This document shows positions 36,496 to 51,232 of a stretch of DNA of 64,000 bases, piece by piece. The notes under the pieces were generated by a model that saw only the letters and a program-made list of their open reading frames with translations, searched no databases and was not told where the DNA came from. This stretch comes from Eledone cirrhosa (Eukaryota): the NCBI GenBank assembly GCA_964016885.1, contig OZ024740.1:343294001-343358000 (forward strand), given 5' to 3'. Each line of letters starts with the position of its first letter. Position 1 is the stretch's first letter. The position numbers and the translations under genes are program-made.

Positions 36496-37336
36496 TAGTA
36501 CGGACATTTTGGCTGCTGTTTCTGGCAAGTTGAGCAACAAGACAGATGTCTCATCGTCTGATCAAGATTGTGAAGTAGAGGCTTTATGACATAAAACACC
36601 AGGATAAAAGCTGTCTATATACAGGCTGTATCTTTGTTTTTAATGTACAAAAATGTCAATCTTAAAGGAAATAAGAGTGCAGGCGTTACCAGCAGGATTG
36701 CTGCTAGTGTCACCTGTGATACTTGGAATATGGAAAGAGAAACGTTTCTGAAAGATGTCTTGTAGATTTTCCAGAGTAGTGCTATGTACTCAGTGGTCAG
36801 CACAGCGTTCTCATGAGTCTAAATAAGGTATCTGTTAGAAACGAATTGATTAAACTATTCAACAATGAAAGTTCTCAAGGCAAATTCGGCCAAATTCACA
36901 TTTCTACAACATTGAAGAAAACAAAAACGTTTTGGGACTTCCTTTTATTGCTGCTCGGTAGTTGTTGACGCTTCGCTATCATGAGACCCTGGGTTCGATT
37001 CCACTATCCGACATCTTGGGCAAGTGTTATTTCCAGTGGTCCACCTAAATCTTGTGAGTGAATTTGGGTAGAGGCAAAATAATTGGAAGCTCATCGAAAA
37101 GACTGCATTTGTAATTCAAAGGTCACACACTATAATGCTGCATTTTCCTTCAGAATTAAGTTAAGGGCACACGTGCCTGTAAATTGTTTACCCACATGCA
37201 CATTAATATTACGAGCTGACTGTTCCATTGAATGAACAACAGGAAGACCCATTGTCGAAAGTGACGGAACACAACCACCAGAGAGAGAGAGAGAGTGAGA
37301 GAGTGAGTGAGAGCGAGAGAGAGAAAGAGAGGGGGA

Positions 37337-37388
<52 letters not shown>

Positions 37389-37841
37389 AAGAGAGAAGAC
37401 AAATTTACCACAATACTTGAATGATATTTTATTTATCCACATCAAAAGGAGAAAAGCATGTTGACCTCAGTGAAATTTGAACACAGAATGCAGTGACCCT
37501 GAACATAAACCGAAGTATTTTTAATCTGACGCTTTAACGATCAACCAATTCCCCTCCAAACCCACACTGGAATCGAAACAAGGATGCCAAATCGAACTTA
37601 TTGGGTGCAGATTCACTAAATGTAACAGATTTTAAAGATATTTGTACATCTAATTATTTTATGCAGGTTTGCACCAATAGCTACCGTTATGTTATTAAAG
37701 ATGTAGCTGCAAAACTATTTTCACCTTGCCTGAGAAAATAATTGCCTCTAACCTGCCACGATACAGGCTCACACATAACACACACACACACACTTTCTCT
37801 CTCTCTCTCTCTCTCCCTCTCTCTCTCTCTCTCCCTCTCTC

Positions 37842-37959
<118 letters not shown>

Positions 37960-38199
37960 CGTGTGTATGTACAGAGTCTAGTGATTTCGATAAAATCAGA
38001 CCTTTCCTGTTCTTCAAAAGGTGGAACAATGCTTCCAGGCATTCTGGAAAATTCTTTTACCCAATATGCCTATTGCTGGAAGACAACGCGGGTGATAGCA
38101 TGATTCAGTAGAGTGCGTATTTTACATATCTTCACACACATGAACACTCACACACGCACAAACACACACATTAAAAGCCATATATGCCTATGTACATAG

Positions 38200-38257
<58 letters not shown>

Positions 38258-38291
38258 CTCTCTATATATATATATGTATATATATATATAG

Positions 38292-38328
<37 letters not shown>

Positions 38329-38483
38329 CATACATAAATATATATGATATAATATATGTATGTGTATATACATACACATACACATACACATACACACCCA
38401 TATATATATATATGTGTATGTGTGCGCGTGTGTACATATATGAGTGTATGTGTGCGTGTACGTGTGTATGTATATGTGTCTAT

Positions 38484-38530
<47 letters not shown>

Positions 38531-38664
38531 TATGTATATATGTATATATATGTATATATATATCTATCTTTCTCTCTCTATATATATATAAACACACACA
38601 CACACATGCACGCGCGCACACACACACACACACACACCCATACATACATATATATATATATACC

Positions 38665-38728
<64 letters not shown>

Positions 38729-39505
38729 CACGTTTGTGTATGAATGTGTTGCTGTCGTACGCTGCTGGTTCATCAAAGAGAAAAATGTTCGTTCACCGAA
38801 CGGTTACAGCTGTGTCCGTGAAAATCACGTTTGTCTTCAGGGTATCACGTTCACTAGCTCAAAAAGAATTCGCGGTAATGTGTTATTGTGGCGTAGCTAG
38901 TATATGATTGCTGGTGGTGGTGCTGGAGATGGTAGTAGTGTTGATAGTATGGTGAATATCTATTATTTTTTTTTTGTTATCCCAACTTTCTTATCGTCGT
39001 CCTCTTCTTTCCTACACTCTCCCTTGCCTTTAGTTCTCTCCTACTAGACTTATAGTTCCAGGTGATGTCAACTTCGATCGAAAAGTCTTGTATGTTTTAA
39101 TGACGGAGTTTTCTCTGTCGTTGTTATTGTTGCTGTTGTTGTTATTAGAGGCGTCGTTGCTGTTTGTTGTTGTTGTTGTTGTTGTTGTTATATAGTTATT
39201 GTTATTGGTGTTGTTTTTCTCTCCTTTTCTATCCGCTGCGTGGTATACTAATAAATACACACCATGGTACGATACACAAGCTCTCTCACGCTATGTACAT
39301 ATGTTTGTGTATGTATGAACGTATGTGTAAATATGTCTGTGTATACACAAATATTAATATTAAGGTTGTGGTTGTTAAATTATAGAATTATATTCAACAA
39401 CAAAATGTTATTGATGCAATTAGTAATGCGACGGAAGTCTAGGCGATTTTCATGTATAGGGCTCTACTTTTACTATTTTTGACAAAACGAATGTCGTATC
39501 TTATA

Positions 39506-39705
39506 CAAACCTGTCAACTCTCCCCGTCCGACGGGGAGATCTCCCACCCACTTTGGAGTGGGTGAGAGATATCTTCTCTTGTGAAAATGGGTATGTATAG
39601 CTTTCATTACGTAAAATCTCCCCATTTTGCCACATTTCACCCCGTTTTGGGGCACTTTGTTTCATGGCATTCCCCCGTTTGGGTGTTTAGAGGTTGACAG
39701 GTCTG
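39506..39705. mobile_element. hAT-like MITE with 6-bp TSD
   Basis: TIRs caaacctgtcaac / gttgacaggtctg; cttata on both sides (39500-39505, 39706-39711); internal palindromes. Confidence 0.8.
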
Positions 39706-40066
39706 CTTATACCCAAGGATTGTCGAAGTTTGAACAATCTAAGTGTTTTAAAAATAAATCTCGATTATTCTAAAACTATTCCCCTTTATACAATTAAAAT
39801 CTTTCAAAAATCCTGGCTAATTGACACAAATTTTTAAATTGGAGTAAAAAAGTAAAATGCCGAGGAGACTCTTTGTGTAAAATGTATAGCATTGAAAGAC
39901 AATCAGACGAAACTAGTTTAACATAACATGCTTTTTAGCTAAACATAAAAACACAGTACTGTAATAAATTCAAATTCGCAACAACTAACAAAGCAATTCT
40001 TTTTTCTAGCAGCAAAATATCAAGATTAGAACTACATTTAGTACTTAAGCTTGTCAAATAAATATG

Positions 40067-40222
40067 CGCTGTGTCGATCATTTAGGAGAACCTATTAAGG
40101 AAGTTGGTTTGAAACTGCGCAGAACGCTTATCGAAATGTGATTGCTCCATCTTTACTGAAAGAACAAATTGATGACATTAGCAAAAGTCAATTCTCCTTG
40201 ATTTCCGACGGGTCACATGCTG
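40067..40222 (+). pseudogene. Relic of hAT-family transposase
   Basis: With one frameshift it reads RCVDHLGEPIKEVGLKLRRT / RNVIAPSLLKEQIDDISKSQFSLISDGS, matching the DHL..KLxRT..NVIAP..FSLIxDES pattern that carries the first catalytic Asp. Confidence 0.6.
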
Positions 40223-40289
40223 CTTTTAAGGTTAATTTCCTTCACAAAACCCTTTGATAGATCGTTCTTGAGTCATTTAGGCAGTAATA

Positions 40290-40790
40290 CGTGTTTCTAC
40301 GTTTGGCAAAAGGCCAGCAATTTAAAGAGAAGGGAAAGTCGATTATATTGACCCCATAAAGATGAAAAGAAAAGCTTACCTTAGTGGGATTTGAACTCAA
40401 AACGTAAAGGAACGTAAGTTTATGCCGGAAAGCACCTTGTCCGACGCTATATCGTGCAACAGGTGAACTTTTATTCTTTCTATATTTTAATGCAATTAGA
40501 TAATCCAAGCTTGATTGTCTTAAAATGTATTTGCCGCTGGCTCCATTCAGCATTTTTCCATTGACTATACATTTAGGGAAAAACTTACCAGATCAACGCT
40601 GCGAAGAGAAGCCAGCAATTTGGGGAGAGGAGATAGTCGATTAAATCGACCCTAGTGCGTTACTGGTACTTTATTTTATCGACCCCATAAGGATGAAAGG
40701 CAAAGCCCACCTCGGCGGGATTTGATCTCAGAAAATAAAGGGCCATAACTCTAGGCCACAAAGAATGTTGTCCGACGCTCTATCGATGGC
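40290..40790 (-). mobile_element. Two SINE copies (~40290-40460 and ~40608-40790)
   Basis: actggtactttattttatcgacccc.taaggatgaaaggcaaag..cacctcggcgggatttga is the reverse complement of the SINE body. Confidence 0.75.
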
Positions 40791-41159
40791 AAGAAAACAT
40801 TCAAAAACCTCTCTTCAGCCACAAAATCGTTAGCGAGAAGTAATCATGTTAAAAGAGTTTAGGGCGTGTGGAATACTTTAAAATTACATTTTCAAATGGT
40901 ATCCTTGAAATGCAACACATTATGCAAAGGAATTACATGCACCTAATGAACTTTAGTTCATACTTATGTCACTTGAGATGAGTGAATTTGTAAAAAGAAA
41001 CCCCCAACAACTATCATCTTAGTGACGGGATGGAACGCAGCAACTCAAAATGCAGCTGGTAAACCTGCACTGCCAGATATGTTAGAATATGCATAGACTG
41101 TTTATTGCGTGCCACTAAGCCGAAAGAATGTTTTCAAGTGTAACCTTTATATATATATA

Positions 41160-41296
<137 letters not shown>

Positions 41297-41568
41297 GTGT
41301 GTGTGTATGTATATGTATGTATGTATATAAACTAGACAAAGTAATAAAATGGAGCTAGGTCTTCTTTTGCCAAATTTAAGATAAACCCTGAAAAAGAAAA
41401 CATCTGTTGCTGTGATTTTGCTCCCACAGATAGCATCTACAAAAATAAGAAGACATTAGTGAAGAGGAAAACGAAATCCTCAAAGCATTGAAGACTGAAC
41501 TTATATATTCCTATTAAACATCATAAGTAAATTTAATCATAAGTAGATCCAATCCACAGGCAACCGTA

Positions 41569-41610
<42 letters not shown>

Positions 41611-41792
41611 AGAGTCAGGACCCCGACGGCCGAAGTTCAGCCGTTGGGGTGCTGACTCTTTTCTTATTGCCCACTCTATTACCCTAAGTATCGAGTACTC
41701 TGGTGCGTTATGGTCCACCTGGTTTCTTACCACACTTTCTTTGTTATATATATATATAGGATGTCGCTGATCTTCGTTACTTTTATTATATA

Positions 41793-42798
41793 CTAGCCGA
41801 ATTACCCGCGCCTTGCTGCGATTCACACATTTTTTGGCAAGAAAATGATGATTGATTTTAAATCAGTGATATAATTTATGGAGAAAAAATGTGCATTTCA
41901 ATGTAAAATGTAATGCATGAAAAATTGGAAAACATTATTTTTGTAATATATCAAATCAAAATTACATTATTAAATCTTATTCTTATTTTGTTTCTGGTAA
42001 ATAATTTTTTTCAAAATATCAATTGAAAACTTAATCATTTCATTTTTGTGTAAAGCATTATTTTCAAATTAGAAATACAAAGTTTAATTATTTATTTTTT
42101 AACATAATAAATACATGAAAATATATTTCGTACTTTGTCCTAATGAAGAACTTCAGGGTAAACAACATTTCTTGTCTTTCTTTGATTGGCTAAAATGTAG
42201 AGATTTTTTGAAGTTCCAGTCCTTGAAAGAGCCAATTAAAACATGCCATGACAGAAACATGGGTTTGTCAGATCTATACCAATAGTTTTGAAAGTTTGAC
42301 CTTGACTCTTATTGATGCTCATGGCAAAGCATGGCCTCACTGGGAACTGCAGCCTCTTAAATGTAAAGGAGAAGAGCTTGACCTTTGTAAGCCCCGAATA
42401 TAATGGTTGCTTCAATTAAGTTCTCATGCAATCTTGTTAGAACACATCTTGTTCCATTTATTGGCCAAAATTTTCACTATAGGGGGTTTAACCCCCATTA
42501 GGGTGTCTTAATATTATTGAAATTTGCTGAAACTTTGTTAATATGCATCATATCTTGTCATTTACCTATGGTTTAAATTTCATATAAATCGAATGGAAAA
42601 CATTTTCAGCGGGGTTTGTGCCCCCCCCCCCCCCTCTGGGACACCCTTTGATTAAAATGAAATATACTTATCCAATGAAATATACTTATTCTGTAGTTTC
42701 AGAACATATATGGTTATGGAGGTCTATCTCCCAAACTATAGGAGGAGTTTGTGAACAAACAAACAAACAGACAGGAACTACAACTTTATATATATAGA
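41793..42798 (-). mobile_element. Internally deleted Helitron with Pif1 helicase fragment
   Basis: The minus strand starts A|TCTATATATATAAAG with (TTTG)n and ends cgcagcaaggcgcgggtaattcggCTAG|T. It retains NGTRCVLTRLHENLIEATI and FTFKRLQFPVRPCFAMSINKSQGQTFKTIGIDLTNPCFCHG (~42240-42460). Confidence 0.9.
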
Positions 42799-42865
42799 TA
42801 TATATATATGTATAAGGAAAAGAAATTGAAAATGCAACTGGAGTCTTTTAAGAATATTTATTTAT

Positions 42866-42907
42866 TTACTTTACCGATTTCACAGTTCTTCTGATTATCA
42901 AAAGTAA
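42866..42907 (-). ncRNA. Degenerate minimal hammerhead motif (Penelope-like relic)
   Basis: ttactt-TTGATAA-t-cag(aagaa)ctg-t-GAAA-tcgg-TA-aagtaa. Stem I is an intact 6 bp; the core is mutated. Confidence 0.5.
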
Positions 42908-43311
42908 AATTGAGATGGAGGGTTTGTGTATTTGAAAACAACGATTAAGTTCCTTACAAATCGAAGATTATAGGTAAAAATTAAAGGTGAAAAAGCACAG
43001 GGTTATATTTAAAGATTATCTTTTTCTTTAATCCGACAGAACAAACATTTTATATTCGTTACATTAAATGAATTTTTGTTAAATATTACGGTTTCGATTG
43101 GCATGTCAATCTTATCAAATATTTAGAAAGTTTGTTCTCATATTCTGTGGGTAGTTAGAATATATAAATATTTCCTCTCAAAATATCTTCTTATTACTCT
43201 ATTACTCTATTACGTGTTCCAGCCGACAGTTCTTTATGAAGGTGAGATAGGTGATTAAATTGGGTAATTTTCAATATGGAAAAGTAAATAGTAACCTAAG
43301 TATATATGAAA

Positions 43312-43470
43312 GAACAGCCGAATTCCCACTGTTATCGCCTCCATCTCTCTCACCCTCCTCATCTCTCCGTATAGTGAGCAAATGGGGTCCCACGTGCTGG
43401 CCTCCCCACAGCCCCGGCGGACAGAATGGATAAGGCGTTTCCTCGGAGGACGGTAAGGGAGATGCGCTGG
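43312..43470. repeat. Unclassified interspersed repeat, copy 2
   Basis: Similar to 18290-18460. Confidence 0.75.
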
Positions 43471-43594
43471 TCGAAGTTGATTTCAACAGGTCAAGATTCA
43501 CTAGAAAATTCTCTTGATTTAAATAGAAAGTAACTTTACTATTCAGAATATAGGTCCAGATGGCATTTTGTTGGTCTGCAGTGTGTGTGTGTGA

Positions 43595-43685
<91 letters not shown>

Positions 43686-44079
43686 TGTGTGTATTTAGGT
43701 GGGGTTCCATCGTGTCAAAAGTTATTTTTAGGGTTTGCAAAAATAGCTAAAAATATTTAAAAGTCGAAAACATTTTTTTCTTTTGTCTTGTGGTGTGTGT
43801 TTGTCTGTGTGTGTGTGTGGGGGGGGGGGGGGGGAGCATTGTGTCAAGGATTCTAATATATTTTTAGGGATTTCAGATAAAAACAAGAATAAATGAATGA
43901 GGAGAGATAAAATACAAAAAACAAATATGGATGTAAACGTGATTGAAAGAGTGTCTTTGATATGAGATGGTTACATTTGTCAAAGAAGAGTTTTCTGGGG
44001 TGTTTGATGGATAAATAAAAAGCGTTTTAAATAATAAAAAAAAGGGAAAAAAAGAAAACGTTTTTAGGGTGTTTCTTGG

Positions 44080-44125
<46 letters not shown>

Positions 44126-44128
<3 letters not shown>

Positions 44129-44466
44129 TGTACCCCCGGCATTCGCAGTCCCGTTTACTAACCTTAACCCTAACCGAACTAATAGTTGTTCGTGGAAACC
44201 ATCGCATATTCGCGGAATCGTAAATATCTTCCGCGATTTTTTTATGGCTTTTTCGTGGCAATTTTTTATGCTAAATTACTAATATCAATTACCGTATTTG
44301 CCGGACTATTGTACACCCCTTTGCATAAGACGCTCTCTCTTTGTTTTAAAATTATATTTTACGTTATATTTTGACGTTTATAGGCATTTTTAGGGACCAC
44401 GGCCAATATCCGCGGTTTTTCGCCGTTCTCGGGTGCTCTAGGAACATAACCCCCTGGGAGCAACTG
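44126..44466. mobile_element. Tigger/pogo-like MITE in (TA)n
   Basis: TA|cagtgtacccc ... gggagcaactg|TA; internal ctaaccttaaccctaacc. Confidence 0.6.
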
Positions 44467-44505
<39 letters not shown>

Positions 44506-44676
44506 ATAAGTCCCGGGTTCAATCGATGGTAACCACAGTAAGTAAGGCACTCAATACATTAGTAGAGTGTAAACATCATGTTTAATATAGAAATGGCTTC
44601 TATATTCATTTGAAACAGTTCTAGTCCTGTAGAAGTCATTTCTATATTAAACAGAATATATATATATATATATATA

Positions 44677-44756
<80 letters not shown>

Positions 44757-44830
44757 GCATATATATATATATATATGAATATGCATATATATGTATATAC
44801 ACATATATATATATGCATTTATGAATATAC

Positions 44831-44910
<80 letters not shown>

Positions 44911-45212
44911 GCATACATATATGTGTGTGTTTTAATATGCATAGGCATAAAACGACGAACGTTGACCGAATAAAAAATCTCAATACACGTGTAGAGTTTG
45001 CCATTTAATATATCTTAATGACAAATACATATTACATGTTATAAAAGAAAAATATACTGCCACAGCAAAATATTTTATGTATGTTGTTTATTACAAGACA
45101 TACGTACAACTTGACATATGCAAGGTTTGGAGAGATATATTCGATAAAAAAATGTAACACTAGTATGTTACTGCTATTTACATCTCAACTTAAGACATGA
45201 AGGCTGAGACAG

Positions 45213-45251
<39 letters not shown>

Positions 45252-45337
45252 GTGGCTCGTTGTAACTAAGAATGGTCAAACATACCAACTCTACACCCGC
45301 CACACACAAATATGTATGCCTCTCCCTCTTGCTCTCT

Positions 45338-45372
<35 letters not shown>

Positions 45373-45375
<3 letters not shown>

Positions 45376-45489
45376 GGTGGCCCAGAAAATGTATGCTCAT
45401 ATTTAGTAGAATGGTGTTGAAGTGTGTGTATACATTTTTGGGGGACGCCTTGTATTTATATATGCATAAATATATGTTTGTGTGTGTGC

Positions 45490-45546
<57 letters not shown>

Positions 45547-45624
45547 GTGGCCCCCCCCAAAAATGTATACTCATATTTATTAGAATTATGTTGAAGTGTG
45601 TATACATTTTTTGGGGACATCCTG
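45373..45624. mobile_element. Two ~80-bp Tc1/mariner mini-MITEs (45373-45452, 45543-45624)
   Basis: TIRs cagggtggcccagaaaatgtat / atacatttttgggggacgccttg, each flanked by TA within (TA)n. Confidence 0.75.
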
Positions 45625-45654
45625 TATATATATATGTTTGTGTGTGTGTGTGCG

Positions 45655-45718
<64 letters not shown>

Positions 45719-45736
45719 TGTATGTATGTATGTATG

Positions 45737-45767
<31 letters not shown>

Positions 45768-46022
45768 TGAATGCTATTAAAAAATATGTTTGCATGTGTG
45801 TGCATAATGTAGTATATGTAGATTTATAGGAACATGTTCACACATATTAGAAAGGTGAAGAATTTAGCTTAAAATTGAATCTCAAATGAAATGATATGCC
45901 TACAGGGAAAAATGTGAAATAAATCTTAATAAAGTTATGTCATCGGTGGTGGTCTGTTCACAAGAGGGTTGAAGACCGAGAGAAAACCTGAACACTACCG
46001 TTGTCATTGGGGGAATGTGTTT

Positions 46023-46068
<46 letters not shown>

Positions 46069-46153
46069 CATACATCATATATATATAAATATATACATCA
46101 TATATATATACACATACATCATATATATATAAATATATACATCATATATATAT

Positions 46154-46256
<103 letters not shown>

Positions 46257-46350
46257 CAGAAATAATATATATATATATGTATATATGTATATATGTATGT
46301 ATATATATATGTATATATGTATATTTATATATATATATATATATATTATT

Positions 46351-46410
<60 letters not shown>

Positions 46411-46478
46411 CATCATATATATATAAATACACACATATATATATATAAACATACATATATATATATATATATATACAC

Positions 46479-46525
<47 letters not shown>

Positions 46526-46529
46526 CATA

Positions 46530-46580
<51 letters not shown>

Positions 46581-47055
46581 CATAAATAATATATATATAT
46601 ATATGTATGAATATATAAATATACATGTATATGCATGTGTGTGCTTCGAATTATATATATAATACCTTCACCTAAATGTCTGCAGAAACACACACACACA
46701 CACACACACACCTACATACAATGATATATGTGTGCATATCTTTGTGCATGCTTGCATATGTTTATATTTAAATACATTTGTGTATGTATCAGAGGTAAAT
46801 ATCGCTTTGAAAATTCATGCGCCCTACATTGTTGATATGGGGTGTACTAAAATGTTTTAAATTGTAGATGATGGATAACGCATTTGAAATTGTGGTAACC
46901 TAAAACAGTACTTCGTTTACACACATTCACACACTTACGCATACACACGCACATGCCCACACTCACAGTCTTATACATACATTAATATATACACACATAT
47001 GCATACATTTATACATACATACGTACATACATACATACGTACGTACGTACATACA

Positions 47056-47084
<29 letters not shown>

Positions 47085-47086
<2 letters not shown>

Positions 47087-48670
47087 GGGCCAAATATCAA
47101 TGACATCAAGAAACAATTGGACCTCATTACACAATTTTCAACCGACATCAAAATGAAATTTGGTGAGTCCAAGTGTGCATATTTGGCAGTAAAACGTGGA
47201 AGAGCTGTGCCCTCCTCTAGAAATCTAGATATGAACGGCCTGACAATACAACCTCTGCAGTCAGGTGACAACTACAGATATCTTGGACAGGATGAGAATG
47301 TCAGATATGATGGACCCATAAATAAGGAGAGAACCAGAACTGAATACCTCAGAAGAGTAAAAAAAATATGGTCATCAGAACTGTCAGCATACAACAAATA
47401 CATTGCCCACAATACCTATGCTGTGCCAATTATAACGCCAACATTTGGCCTACTGAACTGGTCATTGCAAGAACTACGTGAGATGGATGTTAGAACTCGT
47501 AAACTTCTCAGTGTTACTGGGAACTTTAACATCAATGGTGATGTGGATAGGCTATACTTCTCACGCAAGGAAGGTGGCCGGGGTCTAAAATCAATATTAA
47601 CAACATATGAGACCCGGATAGTAACACTGAAGCAACACCTTCAACAGAGGAAAAAGGTTGGCGACCATCTTGCTCAGGTTTATGAGCATGAAAAAAGAAA
47701 TATCATTAGAATAGCGACTGATCTGGAGGAGAGATATGGAATAAAGCCTGATATAAATCTCTCACCCAGAGAAATCGGAAGATCCTATTCAATGTTCAAA
47801 CAAGAAAAAAAAATTGACCAATTTACAGATAAAGTTGTGCATGGATACTTGAGGCGTAAAACACAGACCATAGAGGGGATAAACCACTCAAAAAGCCTGG
47901 CATGGAGTTCCGACAAGTTTATGACATCACACCTTGAGGGATATCTCTATGCAATACAGGAACAAGAACTCCCTACCAAATATCTGCTGCACAAAAGAGG
48001 AGGGCCAGCAGCTGACAATAAATGTAGGCTATGTAAAACAAAGATCGAGGATGTAAGCCACATTGTTGCCAGCTGCGAAAGAATGTCATCTCGCTACTAC
48101 CTCCCCATGAGACACGATGGGATAGCTAGAACTATCTGGAACGCACTTCGGAAAACAAAATTAACAACAAACGAGGAAGAATATATTGAGACAGATGGCA
48201 CTAAGGAATACTGGTGGAACCTGAAAATAAAAACTGCCACCAAATTAAAGCACAACCGGCCTGATATTGTAGTTTGGGACCACACATTGAAAACGTGTTC
48301 TATTGTGGAGATCAGCTGCCCACTTGATGTAAACGTTGTCAGAAAAATACAGGAGAAGGAGGACATCTACGGACCATTGATGAGGAGTTTACAAATCCAA
48401 TATCCAAGATACACCTTTAGCTTCATACCCATCATTATTGGTGCTACGGGTTATATACCAACCCGCTTGGACCAAAGTATGACCGAACTTGGATTTGCGG
48501 ACAAAAAGCGTAGCTCCCTAATTCATAGTCTACAAATGGCTGCGATAGCTGGCACCTTCAAAATATGCAAAACATTCTTGCGATTCAAGGGATGACAATT
48601 TCTTTTCTTTTACAACCTTGCCACCAGGAAGGTGGCCGGTCAAAAAAATATACTCGAAATTAAGAGAAAG
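47085..48670 (+). mobile_element. 5'-truncated R4/Dong-like RLE LINE inserted in (ACAT)n; open frame to 48595
   Basis: RT C-terminal part (MKFGESKCA, YRYLG, DVDRLYFSRKEGGRGL), CRLC..EDVSHIVASC knuckle, RHD, and NRPD..EISCP restriction-like endonuclease. ACAT repeats lie on both sides. Confidence 0.92.
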
Positions 48671-49399
48671 AGAAAACATACGTACGTACATATATGCATA
48701 CATACATGCTTACATACATACATGTTGTTGGCTGCCAATTCGTTTTCGAGTACGGCCACTACTTTATATCCATGTAGGAGAACCTCTACCGAAGCGCTGA
48801 ACGAGTGTGACTTTTTAGTCCAGCCAGCGACTTGAAAACTCTGGTACAAACACTACACTTGTGACAATTATTGACACATAGTGCTGGGCCCATGGTACCA
48901 TGCGACGACAAGTGCAGAGAGATCTCCAGATATAAAGCAATGCCTGTGCCGTGAAGCTTTTATAGTGAGCAAAGGCACTGCACAAAGCCAGTCCCACTCT
49001 CTTAACCAAGATGATATTTACCGAAAAGAAGAACAAGTCAACATCATTGGATACCATCAGAGTTGCAGGTGTTATATCATACATATATACATACATACAT
49101 GCATGCATCTAGAGTCTGGAATGTGATGAAGGATTTTAACCATATGTGTGTATGTGAGTTGGACCATCGTCGGTTTCTTACAGTTTTATAGAATAGCCTG
49201 ATCGTGAAATTAACTTGCAAGTGGCTGAGCATTCCACAGATATATGTACGCTTAACTTAGTTGTCAGGGAGAGTCAACGTTACACGGAATGTGATAAGAC
49301 TTCTCCTTTGAATTAGAGGCACAAATCTTTTTTTTTTCAGCTGTTGAAAAATGAGTGGACTGGAGCAACCTAAAATAAAGTGTCTTGCTAAACACACTA

Positions 49400-50800
49400 T
49401 TGATGTAAAATCATTTACTAAAGCTCTGGGTATGGAGCATGATGGGAAGTCTCCAGGAAGAGATTCAATATTTAGATATTGTCCCAATAAGTTAACATTC
49501 TACAAAACGCAACACTTGTGAATGTTACAAAGAACTATGGAAAGAAAAAAATATACAATGTAGCCAAGAAGGAAAATTTTTTTTTATGAGAAAACTATGG
49601 AACTATTGCTCGCCTAAACATGTATAAGCTTTATACAAGCTGTTTAAATCATTTCTCCCAAGACTATTGTGAGAGTAGCAAAGTAGTGTGATTAGCATGC
49701 AGTGAGATAAAAAAAAGGGTGAAGGGATGTGCCAAAACATTAATTAATATGGCTGTGCTGTCAGAAGTAAAACTCGCCGTAACACTCCTATGGTATAGAG
49801 TGACTACAGAAAAAAATGCATGTATCGCTATTCCTTATCCATAGTCGCTGGAAAAACGATATTTGTTAAAAGTAACTGCTGCTTTTGTTACTGCCATTAA
49901 AAGGCTTACAAGGACTAAGTTAAGTATCCTCACACTTGCAAATGAAAGCCAAATAATTGTATCTGGTGTTATAAATCTTCCGAAAAGGACATTTTAAGAA
50001 GAGATCCTGCCAGTTATTTTATTTATTTTAGCACTAAATCCTCTGTAAATTTCTTTTACAAAGCTTCAGTGGTTATATGCTCAGGGTTTACAACAGCAAG
50101 AGACACGAGCATAGTTCATAATGTCTTTGATAATGGTGTAGACATACATTAGATATAACTAGAGCCTTGAGCAAAGTCTGGATAACATTTAATAACATTT
50201 AATAACAGTTGATAAAGGATAGAATTTGACCAAAGGAAAAGCTCATACTTGAAAGCTGAGCGTCAGAAAACTCTTGCCAGAAGCAACTGCTCTTGGTCTC
50301 TCTATTTCCCAACTTGTGCAACACAATACCCAACTATTGTTGAACATCTATCGAACAAAGTTGTGAACAAAGCAAGACTAACGAATATTGTAACAGACTT
50401 GTCAGCCAGAGCTTTCTTCTGAGACAATATTCTACATTACATTAGCTGACCGTAAAATAGGGAAAATATACTCCAGTGTTATTAGAACCCATAAGATACA
50501 GAGATTAACCCACAGTAGAAATGATATCATCAGAGTTTATCTCAAATGAAACAGCACAAACCACAGGAAAATATGGTTACGTTTAATGCAGATAGTCCTT
50601 CAACGTCGTTTAGTATCAAGCAGAAAACATCTGCTAAAAACAAAAATAAACAAAATGAAATACCTCAAGAAAGTACTCAAATGTTTGGAGGGCAAAATTA
50701 TACGGGTCAAAAATGAACTCAAGACGAACTAAGTTTTGGATGTAGTCATATGCGAGCCCAAAACATCTGGACAAACTTGTATAAAAGGAAGCAATCCTCG
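49400..50800 (+). pseudogene. Highly decayed R4/Dong-like RT relic
   Basis: Frameshifted traces of DYRK(A) (~49800), RKG(IFQGD)..VILFILALNPL (~49980-50045) and NDIIRVYLK, similar to DVDRLY (~50520). Confidence 0.45.
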
Positions 50801-51003
50801 TCAGAAGCAAAATAAGCAGAAAAGAAAAATTAAATTAAAATAAAATAAAAACAAGATACGCTGAAAGATCGAGCTCTATGTATATACATATATATAGAGT
50901 CGAAACTATAAAATATAGCTCTCACACTTTTCCTTCTATTTCACTGCCACCTTTCTCTATTCGAATCATCCCCCGAAACACACACACACAGATTGTGTGT
51001 GTG

Positions 51004-51048
<45 letters not shown>

Positions 51049-51181
51049 CTCTTTATCTATATTTTCCTTTCTCATCTCTTCTCTTTGTTGATTGACTACA
51101 TTAACTCTCGGATTACATTTGTCGTTTCTCCCGAGCTACTTTCTCCTTCATTACCGCCCCATCACCTGTGAGCGTGCTTCA

Positions 51182-51232
<51 letters not shown>

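Noticed and set aside
38800-38850. CTGAAGA...cagctgTA motif on the minus strand
   Set aside because: GAAA is mutated and stem I is absent; too decayed to call.
44155-44180. Telomere-like ctaaccttaaccctaacc
   Set aside because: Only ~3 imperfect units, internal to a MITE.
50855-50925. ctgaaaga...gtcgaaactata hammerhead-like motif
   Set aside because: Core spacing is wrong, the U before the cleavage site is missing, and stem I does not pair.
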